A DNA stretch of 64,000 nt from positions 1-64,000 of the IMG/VR virus record IMGVR_UViG_3300017784_007549. One strand, written 5' to 3'. A program made the translations under genes and the position numbers. This document shows, one piece after another, positions 46,548 through 56,963 of the stretch. How positions within the stretch are numbered: the stretch's first letter is position 1; each line of letters starts with the position of its first letter. Under the pieces are notes generated by a model. It had not been told where the DNA came from and ran no database searches. It saw only the letters and a program-made list of their open reading frames with translations. The DNA is from a virus.

Positions 46548-49500
46548 ATGGCACAAGGGAATAATCAATTACAGGTTAATGTAGTAGCTAATGTAAGGGC
46601 CGCTCAAGCTGCCATTAATAAATTAGCGGCTAAACCAGTTAATTTGACCATTAATCCTAAAGGATTTAGTCAGCCTTTAGGAAAAATACAAGGGCAATTA
46701 GGTGAATTTGAAAAATCGTTAGAAGCGTCTAACGCTCGTGTTATTGCGTTCGGAGCCTCTGCTAGCGCCATTTACGCTGTTCAAAAAGCCTTTTCAGAGA
46801 GCGTTAAGTCTGCTATTGAAGTAGAAAAAGCTCTGAAAGATATTAACGTTATATTAAATTTAACAGATCAAAGCTTGGGTCAGTTTGGAACAAGTCTTTT
46901 TGATATTGCTAAAAATACAGGTAATACATTTTCAGCAGTTGCCATAGCCGCTACAGAATTATCTCGTCAAGGTTTAGGAGTTAATGAAACTTTAAAAAGA
47001 ACTCAAGATGCTCTTATATTAACTCGTCTTTCTGGATTAGGTGCGGCTGAATCTGTAGAAGCAATTACAGCTACTCTTAATGGTTTCCAAAAAGCAGCTT
47101 TATCATCTACAGATGTTATCAATAAATTAGCCGCAGTTGATGCCAATTTTGCTGTTAGCTCTGGTGATTTAGCTGAAGCTATTAAAAGAGTTGGTAGTAG
47201 CGCAGAAGATGCAGGAGTTAGCTTTGATGAACTTCTTGCTATTGTAACTTCTGCTCAACAAATTACTGCGCGAGGTGGTTCAGTTATTGGTAATAGCTTT
47301 AAAACAATTTTTACAAGACTACAAAGACCAAAAGTTTTAGAAGATTTACAACAATTAGGAATTGAAACTCAAACTGCAGAAGGCAACACAAAGCCTTTAA
47401 TCCAAATTTTAAGTGATCTCGCAAAAACATTTGATGTTTTGAACGATAGTCAAAGAGCAGCTATTGCAGAACAAGTCGGTGGTGTTTTCCAAATTAATAT
47501 TTTAAAAGCTGCGTTAGGAGATTTAAACAAAGAATATTCGGTTTTTTCTAATGCTTTGAAAACTTCTACTGGTGCAACTGACGAAGCTATAAGAAGAAAT
47601 GAAGCTTTAAATACAACTCTTGCATCATTAATAAATAAAACTCTAGCTAATTTAACTGCAGCTGGGGCAAAAATTGGTGAATTAAGTCTTGCTCCAGCCT
47701 TAAAAAAAGTTTTTGGTGGATTGAATACTGTATTAGAAAGTTTTGGAAGTGGCGATAGTGAAGATTTTGGTTCTAAAATTGGAGAAGGTTTACTTAAAGG
47801 CATAGGAAACTTTTTAAGTGGTCCGGGTATTATTATTGCAACAAAAGCTTTATTTAGTATTTTTGAAAGATTAACTGTATTCTCAGCAGATGCAGTTAAA
47901 ACTCTTTTAGGGTTAAATGTGCAAGCAACTCAGCAAGCTCAAATTCAACAACAAATAAATACTTTATTAAGTCAAAATCCATCAATTATAGCTCAAATTG
48001 TCAGTGGACAAACTACCTTACAAGATATACAAGATAATATTTTGAATACAATTAAAGCTCAAACTCTTGCGATGGAACAACAAGTAACCTTATCAAAAGC
48101 TTTAGCTACATCATTAAGTGCAGCTGGAGTTTCTATTGGTGCTTCTGGAGCAACTAAAGGGAGATTGCAAGCTAAAGCTGGTGGATACATGCCAAATGCA
48201 TTCAAGCAAGAAGAAGCTAGTGCCATGAATTTGGGCGCAGTAAACCCAAAAGCTCAATTTTCAAAAGGTACAATTGGTGGCAAAAAATTTATTAAAAATA
48301 ATAAAGAAATTGAAATTCCTAATTTTGGTAAAAATGGAGATTCAGCAGTTATTCCAATGTATGGATCAGTTGGTGATAAAAGACAAAAAGAACTTTATGA
48401 TAAATTAAAGTTTTTGGGATTTGTGCCAAATTTTGCGCAATTAGAAGATATTGAATTAAAAGGATATCAAAAGAAGGTTGGTGTTTTATTAGGAACTGGC
48501 GGATCTGGTCTTGTAGATTATACAGAACCTGCTTCACAAATTCCTGCACTTAAAGGACAACCTGAATTCAAAGGTAAAAGAATTGTACTTAAAGGTATTC
48601 CTACAAAAGGAGCTTTTCCATTACCAGAAGAAGGAATACAAGGAGCAGAAAAACAATTTGATTCAGTTTTATCCCCATTACTTCGTGATGGTTTGCAAAG
48701 TTTTTCTGAAGCAGTTGGTAAAACAATTCTTGGCAGAAATCCGCAACAAAAACCTAAAGGTGGAGATGTTTATTCTGCATTACAACAAGGAACAAAAGGT
48801 GATATATTTGAATCTGCTGTTCGAGGCGCATTAACAGAAGGGAATTTAGCTGGAGGAGCTGGTCAAGGAGCATTTGACTTTAATCCAAAATCTCCCGCTC
48901 AAAAAGCATTAGTAGATTTTTTTGGTATGGGATTAGGGCCAGATGCTAGAATTGAAAGTAAAATTGGCGCGCAAGCAGCAGAAAATATTCCATCTAAAGT
49001 TATTAGAACATTTACAAACGCATACGCAAATTTAGGAATTACAAAAGAAACAGGAAAAAGAAGTAGCAAAAAACCCGGATTTGGAGCAAAACCTGCCAGA
49101 TTTCAAAATGTATCTGATGGTTTTATTCCTAATTTTTCTAGTGTCAAAGATGCAATGGAAACGGAAAAAAAGATGGGTGGAAGTCCTGCGCTTGATTTCC
49201 AAGAAGGAGTTGGATTATACGTTAGAGATAGAAACACTCAATCTAATTTCTCTGCAGTTAAAAGAGATCATCCAGAAGGTATTAATCAAGCAATAGAAAA
49301 TTCTAGAAAAGCACAAGAAAATCTTGCTAGAGGATTTATCCCTAATTTTGCTTCAACTGCAAGTAGCAATATTGCGAGTAATTCTTCAAATGCTGGAATG
49401 GACGTTCTAAAAAAAGTTTTTTCTGATAAAGAATTACCAAAAGGAATACAAAAATTTAAACAAAATATATTTTTAACTTCATTTGCTTTTTCAACTTTGC

Positions 49501-51824
49501 AAGGGTTAGTAGAATCTTTTAATAAAGATGGAAAAAGTGCATTTGGAAATATTCTTTCTGGCGTATCGCAAGGAGCGTCAACATTTACTTCTCTTGCTGG
49601 AGTTATCCCCGGCCAAGTAGGTTTAATTGTTGGAGCAGTAGCTGGCTTAACTCAAGCTATAGATTCTGTAGCTACAAGCTTTTTAAATGCAGATATTGAA
49701 GAAATAATAAAACAAAGCGCGCAAACTAGTGAAGATTTCAGTAAATTAAGTGATGCAAGTCAAAAATATGCCGTAGCTTTTCAAAAATTACAAGAGATAT
49801 ATAAAAGTAATTCTTCTTATAAAGAAGTTGATAAAGCTGAAAGAGACTTATACGAATCTTTACAAAATATTCCACAAGAATTTAGAAACTTATTTGCTTC
49901 GGCAAGAACTTTAACAGAAGTCCAAGATTTAATATCAAAATCACTTTCAGAAAAAGGAAAAGAAAAAGAAGGCGGAGAATTGGCAAAATTTTTAGGACAA
50001 TCAGTTATTCAAAATAGAGGATCTCCAGTTGGAAGACTTTTAAATTTCGGATCAGCTGGTGGGGCTGAAAAAAATGCAATTTATAGTGGTAAAAAAGGAA
50101 TGAGTTTAGCTACGGAAACCGCGGGACAAATTACGAATAAATTAAGTAGTAAATTTTTAGATGATTTTGAAAATGGATTAATAGATACAACTCAAAGTGG
50201 TTATAATTTTATTAAAATGTTAAAACAATATGGAATTGACGCTCAATCAGCTAGTATATTAACAGGTATATTAGACGACAGTTTACAGGATGGCGAAGGA
50301 ACTACAAAATTATTAGCAAATGCATTATATGAAGAATCTGCAGCGAGAGTACAAGCTATAAAAAAATATAAACAAGGACAAAAAACTAGAGAAGAAGCTC
50401 AGGCAATTGAAGCAGAAGAAGTGAAAATAAAAAGACGTTTAACTGCAGAAACAGAAAATGCTGCGGCTATTTCAGAAATGTATTCAAATGCTCTTCATAG
50501 AACAGCATTACAAGAAAAGAAATTAATTGATATTAGAAGATCGTCTCAATCAGAAATTATTGCTGAAGCTTCTAGATCCAGATTACAAACTGCACAACCG
50601 TTCCTTAGTGAAACAAGTATGGCAAGAGGTCAATATCAAAACGAAGCATTCCAAAGAAAATCTAATTTTCAAACAAAGCAATCGGATATTATGTCTTCTG
50701 CTATTGAACAAATTAGTACTAATTTATCTGAATCTATACAAGGAGAAATAAATAAATTAAGAAGTGAAAATGCACCAAATTCTAAAATTCAAAAATTACA
50801 AAAAAGAAAAGGCGAAATAGCCAATATAGTTCGTCAAGGAGAAAGTCCAGCGCAGATAAGCCAAGCTTTAGAACAATTAGGTCAAGAATTAGCTTTAGAT
50901 GATCAAGCTATTTTAGCTCAAAAAGCAAATGAAATCCTAGCGAACATACAAAATGATCAGCAAAATGCTTTAGTTGAATATCAAAAAGGAAATAATATAG
51001 CACAAGAACAGTTAAGAAATCAATTAATACAAATTCAAGATCAACAAAGATTAAAAGTTGCAGGTGGCGTACAAGGATTTTTAGATCCAAATTCATTCCA
51101 AACTACTTTTGATAATTTTACAAAAAATTTAAATCTATATCGCGAAGAAGGATCAAGATCAGTAATTGCAAGAGGAAGAGGAGCCGCTGGATTACTTTCA
51201 AATACTTTAGATTTTGCAGGAGGAGGATTGCCAATAGGAACTGGTGGAGAATTAGAAGCTTTAAGATCAGAAGCTATTCTTGGAAGAACAGTAGACATAA
51301 GAAATCAATCAAGAGCACTTGGCGCAGATGCTCCGATAGGATTAAGACCAGTATTTAGAGATATCTCTGCAAATGCTAGCGAAATTGCAGCTAAACAAAT
51401 CGACAATTTAATTAAAGATCAAAACATTGGAGATAACGTAGATAAAATAGCCACAACATTACAACAAATTCAAACATCATTAACTCCAAATCTTGGTCCG
51501 ACTAATAATGCAACTCAAAGCTTTGTAAATCAAAGAAATTCAGCTGCAACTAATGTAGCCTCTGCACTACAACCTCTAAAAGGTTCTGTAGATTTAAATA
51601 TACCAAATAATCTTTTAGCTTTGAACGTAAATGGTAAAATATCAGTAGAAGGAGGAAACGTAGAAGTAACATTATCTCCAGATTCTGATCTTACAGCATT
51701 AGTTACTCCAATTATTAATAATTTCATGAATACAGCTAAACAAGATATTAAAAATGAATTTAATAATAGAATATTAAAACTCAGAGAAGAGGCAGGACTA
51801 AGGAGGGAAGCAACAGCAGTATAA
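46548..51824 (+). CDS. Tape measure protein (TP901-like core) with internal G[FY][IMV]PN[FA] repeats
   Basis: 1758 aa, Ala/Leu/Gln-rich helical; ELSRQG, DLAEAIKR.GS.A..AGVSFDEL, GNSFKTIFTRL; GTGTAA at 46530. Confidence 0.9.
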   Translation: MAQGNNQLQVNVVANVRAAQAAINKLAAKPVNLTINPKGFSQPLGKIQGQLGEFEKSLEASNARVIAFGASASAIYAVQKAFSESVKSAIEVEKALKDINVILNLTDQSLGQFGTSLFDIAKNTGNTFSAVAIAATELSRQGLGVNETLKRTQDALILTRLSGLGAAESVEAITATLNGFQKAALSSTDVINKLAAVDANFAVSSGDLAEAIKRVGSSAEDAGVSFDELLAIVTSAQQITARGGSVIGNSFKTIFTRLQRPKVLEDLQQLGIETQTAEGNTKPLIQILSDLAKTFDVLNDSQRAAIAEQVGGVFQINILKAALGDLNKEYSVFSNALKTSTGATDEAIRRNEALNTTLASLINKTLANLTAAGAKIGELSLAPALKKVFGGLNTVLESFGSGDSEDFGSKIGEGLLKGIGNFLSGPGIIIATKALFSIFERLTVFSADAVKTLLGLNVQATQQAQIQQQINTLLSQNPSIIAQIVSGQTTLQDIQDNILNTIKAQTLAMEQQVTLSKALATSLSAAGVSIGASGATKGRLQAKAGGYMPNAFKQEEASAMNLGAVNPKAQFSKGTIGGKKFIKNNKEIEIPNFGKNGDSAVIPMYGSVGDKRQKELYDKLKFLGFVPNFAQLEDIELKGYQKKVGVLLGTGGSGLVDYTEPASQIPALKGQPEFKGKRIVLKGIPTKGAFPLPEEGIQGAEKQFDSVLSPLLRDGLQSFSEAVGKTILGRNPQQKPKGGDVYSALQQGTKGDIFESAVRGALTEGNLAGGAGQGAFDFNPKSPAQKALVDFFGMGLGPDARIESKIGAQAAENIPSKVIRTFTNAYANLGITKETGKRSSKKPGFGAKPARFQNVSDGFIPNFSSVKDAMETEKKMGGSPALDFQEGVGLYVRDRNTQSNFSAVKRDHPEGINQAIENSRKAQENLARGFIPNFASTASSNIASNSSNAGMDVLKKVFSDKELPKGIQKFKQNIFLTSFAFSTLQGLVESFNKDGKSAFGNILSGVSQGASTFTSLAGVIPGQVGLIVGAVAGLTQAIDSVATSFLNADIEEIIKQSAQTSEDFSKLSDASQKYAVAFQKLQEIYKSNSSYKEVDKAERDLYESLQNIPQEFRNLFASARTLTEVQDLISKSLSEKGKEKEGGELAKFLGQSVIQNRGSPVGRLLNFGSAGGAEKNAIYSGKKGMSLATETAGQITNKLSSKFLDDFENGLIDTTQSGYNFIKMLKQYGIDAQSASILTGILDDSLQDGEGTTKLLANALYEESAARVQAIKKYKQGQKTREEAQAIEAEEVKIKRRLTAETENAAAISEMYSNALHRTALQEKKLIDIRRSSQSEIIAEASRSRLQTAQPFLSETSMARGQYQNEAFQRKSNFQTKQSDIMSSAIEQISTNLSESIQGEINKLRSENAPNSKIQKLQKRKGEIANIVRQGESPAQISQALEQLGQELALDDQAILAQKANEILANIQNDQQNALVEYQKGNNIAQEQLRNQLIQIQDQQRLKVAGGVQGFLDPNSFQTTFDNFTKNLNLYREEGSRSVIARGRGAAGLLSNTLDFAGGGLPIGTGGELEALRSEAILGRTVDIRNQSRALGADAPIGLRPVFRDISANASEIAAKQIDNLIKDQNIGDNVDKIATTLQQIQTSLTPNLGPTNNATQSFVNQRNSAATNVASALQPLKGSVDLNIPNNLLALNVNGKISVEGGNVEVTLSPDSDLTALVTPIINNFMNTAKQDIKNEFNNRILKLREEAGLRREATAV

Positions 51825-51855
51825 AATAAACAAGGGATAAGGAATATAAAGGAAT

Positions 51856-53499
51856 ATGGCATATAATTTTACAGACGCAACACTTCTTGGTTACCAAGTA
51901 AATAAAAATTACTTGGGCGAAGGCGTTTTTGCGCTTAGTACAATAAAAAACATTTCTATAGAGGGCATTCTTGATAATAGATTAACCAATTCAGATTCAG
52001 AAGGTGTTAAAGAAAATTTTCAAAAGATATCAGGATTTTTAACTGGTATTGTAAATGCGTATGATGCAGTTATCGTAAATGGTTATAATTTAGGAACAGG
52101 CAAAGTTAACAACTTATCTTTTCCAGACCAAAACCCAATAAGGCTTGGATCATATAAATATGATATAGAAATTGTTGAAAATTCAGACTTTTCTAATATA
52201 CAAACTGGAGATATTTATGGAACTTTTCTTTCTGGAGTAAATGATAAAATTTTAGCATTAGATGAAACTTTAAATTTTGATAATACCGCAAATGGAGACT
52301 ATTCATATAACCACGATCTTAATATTCAATACTATGATACTGGATCTGATTTATTTACTAAATCTAAAAATTTCGCTAATTCTGTTTATAATGATTCTTT
52401 GAAGTTAGGTTTGATTGGTCCATTTTCTGGATTTTATGATGTATTAAAAACAAAGAAAAACTATTTTTCTGAAACGTACGATTTAATAAGTAAACGATGT
52501 GGATTCTCCAAGAAAATTTTAATTAATAAAAATTACAATAATAACTATACAACCACTTTAAATCATACTATTACTTTGGACGCTAATGGAAAAATTTCAG
52601 TAACAGAACAAGGAGTAATTAAAGGTTTAGACAATACCTTAAACTATACAGCAGATAATTATTTTAATACAGAACTAGCAAATTCATATAATAGATGCCA
52701 AGACGTATTTAATGTTTATGTTGAAAAATATGGATTAGGAGCAAAAGATTCATTATTTAATCAACCATTTAATCTTGGAAAAACTTCTGATTGGTTTAAT
52801 AATTCTTTAGAATATAGCGTTAGTTATGTTAATGATCCAGCTTTTGAAGGAAACGTAATCAATACTTACAATATAACAATAAACAAAGACGTACAAGAGA
52901 TTGGAGTTTATACTGAACAAGGCGAAATAATTCAAGTTGGACAAGTCGGAGATATTACAGGACTTAATTTAATTAAAACAAAATATCAAGCCGCAAAAAC
53001 TAGAGCATCTACAAATTATCCAACTTATAAATTAAGAAATAGTTCATTTAGCGCCGGTACCTTAAATTCAAATTCTACTTCAACCTATAACAATAATTTC
53101 TCTTATTCAATAGAAAAAACAAATGATAATTCTATCTTAGAAGGTGATCCTTATTATAAAAGTTTATCTATGAAAATAGATGATCAAAACCCAACTAATA
53201 TGTATAAAGAATATATCATTGCAAATAAAAATCCAAAAAATGTATTATTCTTATTTGGCAATCAAGTAGAAATTGGCAATAGATCCGTTAATATAAATGG
53301 CACTCTTGTAAGATCAACTAATAACTCTTGGAGTACGCCAATAACTTTTCCATTAGCTGATCTTAAAAGCAAAAGTATATCTGGCGCATTAAATCTTATA
53401 TCAAATGATGCTTATATTGATAATATAAACTATAGTTATGATTCAGATAATAATTTTTCATTTAATCTATCAATCAAATATTTAGATAAGGTGGTATAA
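51856..53499 (+). CDS. Tail tip/distal tail protein (putative)
   Basis: Follows the TMP gene; beta-rich; appears paralogous to the next gene. Confidence 0.55.
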   Translation: MAYNFTDATLLGYQVNKNYLGEGVFALSTIKNISIEGILDNRLTNSDSEGVKENFQKISGFLTGIVNAYDAVIVNGYNLGTGKVNNLSFPDQNPIRLGSYKYDIEIVENSDFSNIQTGDIYGTFLSGVNDKILALDETLNFDNTANGDYSYNHDLNIQYYDTGSDLFTKSKNFANSVYNDSLKLGLIGPFSGFYDVLKTKKNYFSETYDLISKRCGFSKKILINKNYNNNYTTTLNHTITLDANGKISVTEQGVIKGLDNTLNYTADNYFNTELANSYNRCQDVFNVYVEKYGLGAKDSLFNQPFNLGKTSDWFNNSLEYSVSYVNDPAFEGNVINTYNITINKDVQEIGVYTEQGEIIQVGQVGDITGLNLIKTKYQAAKTRASTNYPTYKLRNSSFSAGTLNSNSTSTYNNNFSYSIEKTNDNSILEGDPYYKSLSMKIDDQNPTNMYKEYIIANKNPKNVLFLFGNQVEIGNRSVNINGTLVRSTNNSWSTPITFPLADLKSKSISGALNLISNDAYIDNINYSYDSDNNFSFNLSIKYLDKVV

Positions 53500-53500
53500 A

Positions 53501-55117
53501 ATGGCTGATACAATTATAAAATATAATAATAAAACAATACCATTTCCAACGCCACTAGTTACGTTAGAAAGAGAAAATCTTTACTATAATCAATACTGGG
53601 GAAATTCTGATAAAATTGTTTTAAATGGACAAATTAGTGGCACAAAAAATTGTTCTCCATTTGCTTCAATAACGAGTGGTCAAACTGGACTGTTAGGCAT
53701 ATTTAATCAAAATTTTGGAACTTTTGAAATATATGAAGATGCACAAAAAATTTATGAAAATAGTGGCATCATAGTAAGATCTATAAATTTTAATGAATCT
53801 ACTTATGCAGGATTAATAGATTATACAATAGAATTAAATTCAACTAGACCTAGTGGCGATATTATTGATCCAAGTAATGAATATAGTTTTACTGAAAATG
53901 AAAATAAAACAGTATCTTTATCTCATAATGTTTCCGCTAAAGGAATCAACACAAATTTAAATCCAAGCAAATCTAATGCAATAAATAATGCTATATCTTT
54001 TGTTAGATCTAATACTGGGCTAGCAAATGTTCCAACTACTAAATTTATATCTGGAGCAAGCAATAAATTTTATTTACAGAATTTTTCTGAATCAATAGAT
54101 AGATTGAATAATGTCTATTCTGTTCAAGAAACCTATCTTAGCAATCTTTTAAATACAGGATCATCTGGTAGTTTAACTTATACTTCCGATATAACATCTG
54201 GCGCAGATTCTAATATAGTTCAAATCAATTTACGTGGACAATATAAAGGCCAAAAGAACGGTAATATAAATGATTTAAGAAATAGTTTAAATGTAACTGG
54301 ACTATTATCTGGAATCTATTCTGGTTATTATAATCCAACCCCAATTCAGTATAATGTAACAGAAAATACTGGCGAAAATTTAATTAATTTTGATTATTCT
54401 TTTGATAATTTAAACCTTCCTAATCCATACTTTAAATATGATGCAAATATATCTAGAGATGAAATTCAACAACTTTACAATATTCAAGTAAGAGGAGATA
54501 TTATAGCAAGAGGCAATAGGGCTTATAGATATTTCTTATCAACGGGAAATTTAATCAATTTAACTGGTCAATTATTAAGTGTCGCTAGTGGTATTTTAAC
54601 TGGATTTAAAGACTTTAATAGTGATGCAGTGCCTTCTAATTTGAGATTATTAAATGTAAGTATTGATCAAAATCCTAATAACGGCACAGTTTCAGCAAAT
54701 GCATCGTATGATGATAGATTTATGCCTACTGGTAATTTTGTTGATGCTACTTATAATGTGTCAGTAGAAGCGCCTCATTGGTATATGAATAATCAACCAA
54801 CTTGCAATATTAAGGGTTATCACATAATAAATGATTTTGATATTACGACTTTACCTAAATTAAATATTAATACTACATTTAAAGCTAAAGATATCAAAGG
54901 AACAAGCACTGAATCTGGTTTAAAGCAGTTAGCCTCAACTCTTACAAATAATCTTGTTCCAACTAATTATAATTATAATACTCAATTAAAAGCTACTGAA
55001 TCGTATAATAAAAAATATAATAATATGACCTCATTAAGCGAAATATCTTATAAATTAGACAAAATAGATATTTCTAATGAAAATTCTTTACTACCAAAAT
55101 TCAATACTATAACTTAA
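53501..55117 (+). CDS. Tail tip/hub protein (putative)
   Basis: Position; similarity to the previous gene. Confidence 0.55.
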   Translation: MADTIIKYNNKTIPFPTPLVTLERENLYYNQYWGNSDKIVLNGQISGTKNCSPFASITSGQTGLLGIFNQNFGTFEIYEDAQKIYENSGIIVRSINFNESTYAGLIDYTIELNSTRPSGDIIDPSNEYSFTENENKTVSLSHNVSAKGINTNLNPSKSNAINNAISFVRSNTGLANVPTTKFISGASNKFYLQNFSESIDRLNNVYSVQETYLSNLLNTGSSGSLTYTSDITSGADSNIVQINLRGQYKGQKNGNINDLRNSLNVTGLLSGIYSGYYNPTPIQYNVTENTGENLINFDYSFDNLNLPNPYFKYDANISRDEIQQLYNIQVRGDIIARGNRAYRYFLSTGNLINLTGQLLSVASGILTGFKDFNSDAVPSNLRLLNVSIDQNPNNGTVSANASYDDRFMPTGNFVDATYNVSVEAPHWYMNNQPTCNIKGYHIINDFDITTLPKLNINTTFKAKDIKGTSTESGLKQLASTLTNNLVPTNYNYNTQLKATESYNKKYNNMTSLSEISYKLDKIDISNENSLLPKFNTIT

Positions 55118-55118
55118 T

Positions 55119-56927
55119 ATGAAATTAGAATTTATAACAGGATATTTAAGCGATAACCAAAGAAATACAGGTTCATTAGAAATTTATTATGATTTTAGTG
55201 GAATATCTGGTTTTTTCGTTCCTAATAGGTTATATGGAAATCAAACTCAATTTAATAAAATAGGGGGTGGATTTACTGCCAATAGTGAGTATCATCCCGG
55301 AATTTTCGTATCATGTTACCAACAAAGTGGGTTTACTGGCTCTGGAATTTTCGAAGGAACAAATAACCTCAAAGTACTAAATCAACTGAGTGGAAATAAT
55401 TTGAGTTTGTTTTATAATTTTGGTGCATTAAATTGTAATAAAAATTTTTCAATAGGACCAAAACAAATAAATATACCAACTGGTCAAATTCAAGTTTTAA
55501 GTTATATTGAATCTGCTAGTTCGAACAATAATCCTTTTGAAATGATCTTGGGTTTAAATGACGCTTATAAATTAACATTAGAATTTTCTGGCAAAATTAA
55601 TAATAGTTCTGTTGAAAATTATAAGTTAACAAACGTCAGCGAATTATCTTTTCAAAATGTTGGAACCCTAAGATTAAATGATAAAAATGTAGAGTTCACA
55701 TATTTTGATATAATTGAAGATGAGATTTATAATAAAATTTTAAATTTAACTGGATCATATTTTAATCAAGATAAAAATATTTATATAGGGAATATACCTA
55801 CTGGAAAATATAGAAATGGATATACTGGATTTATTGGAATTGTAGATGATTTTGTTGCATTTGATGAATATTTTGATGCTAATTTTTGCGCAGGGCTTTC
55901 AAGACTCTTTGTGAAAACTGGAAATAGAGTTGAAACATTAAATTTAACTGGAGTTAAATATAATATAATACAAAGTGGTTTTTTAAATCCAACTGGCATC
56001 TTAGGAACAGGAATTACTGGATATCAAATTGTAGCTTCTAATGAAATTATAAATTCTAGTTGTGGAGATAATTGCATTGTTTATGTTAAATCTGGAATAA
56101 CAGGATTAATTACTGGAGAAAAAATAGAATATCGTGTTGTTGGACAAGAAGAATATACAACAATACAAAAACAAATAAAATACAATTTATATGATCAAGA
56201 TTATGCTGCAAGATTTACAAAAGATTATATAGTATTCACGCCTCAATTAGATAGTAAAGATGTATTTAATATTCAATTATATAAAGATGTTGATACTAAA
56301 GTAGAAGTACCAGATTACGCTATTTTAAGTAAAAATTATTTAACACAAGATACTTTGACGGATAGAAATCTATTAATATTTTTCAATGGAGTAAATATTT
56401 CTTCTGGTAGTTATCAAATAATTGGAAGTGATACAAGATTTATTATAAATAATTATGATAAAGACTCTAAAGATTTTGTATCTTATAGTTTATCTAGTTT
56501 TTCAGATATAGAAAATTATCTTTTTAATTTTGATGATAATGATCCTGCGGTTGGAAATTACATTCTTATAACTAATCTAAATAATAAAAAATATGATGTA
56601 TTCTTAAATGGTCAAAAATTAGTATCTGGACTTAATTATATAAATTCTGGAATAAATAATTCTTTATATTTGAATAAAAATTTACCAGATGGGACATTAT
56701 ATATTACTCAAGACAATTTTGATTATGAAGTAACTGGTTCAAATTTAAAATTATATCATTCTACCGAAAATTATAATAATGAAAGAATTTGGCTAAATGG
56801 CATTTTCCAAAACAAAAATGAAAATTACTTATTAACTTCTTGTATTAATGCTATGCTTCAAGCCACTGGTGATATTGAAGCTAAAGATGAAAGTATATTC
56901 AATAATGAATACTATAGATTTATTTAA
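55119..56927 (+). CDS. Tail tip protein with a LamG-like N-terminal region
   Basis: LEIYYDFSG...IYIGN...GFIGIVDDF; VFLNGQKL repeats. Confidence 0.5.
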   Translation: MKLEFITGYLSDNQRNTGSLEIYYDFSGISGFFVPNRLYGNQTQFNKIGGGFTANSEYHPGIFVSCYQQSGFTGSGIFEGTNNLKVLNQLSGNNLSLFYNFGALNCNKNFSIGPKQINIPTGQIQVLSYIESASSNNNPFEMILGLNDAYKLTLEFSGKINNSSVENYKLTNVSELSFQNVGTLRLNDKNVEFTYFDIIEDEIYNKILNLTGSYFNQDKNIYIGNIPTGKYRNGYTGFIGIVDDFVAFDEYFDANFCAGLSRLFVKTGNRVETLNLTGVKYNIIQSGFLNPTGILGTGITGYQIVASNEIINSSCGDNCIVYVKSGITGLITGEKIEYRVVGQEEYTTIQKQIKYNLYDQDYAARFTKDYIVFTPQLDSKDVFNIQLYKDVDTKVEVPDYAILSKNYLTQDTLTDRNLLIFFNGVNISSGSYQIIGSDTRFIINNYDKDSKDFVSYSLSSFSDIENYLFNFDDNDPAVGNYILITNLNNKKYDVFLNGQKLVSGLNYINSGINNSLYLNKNLPDGTLYITQDNFDYEVTGSNLKLYHSTENYNNERIWLNGIFQNKNENYLLTSCINAMLQATGDIEAKDESIFNNEYYRFI

Positions 56928-56963
56928 TAGTGTAAATATAGATAGGTATAAGGAGCAAGGTTC

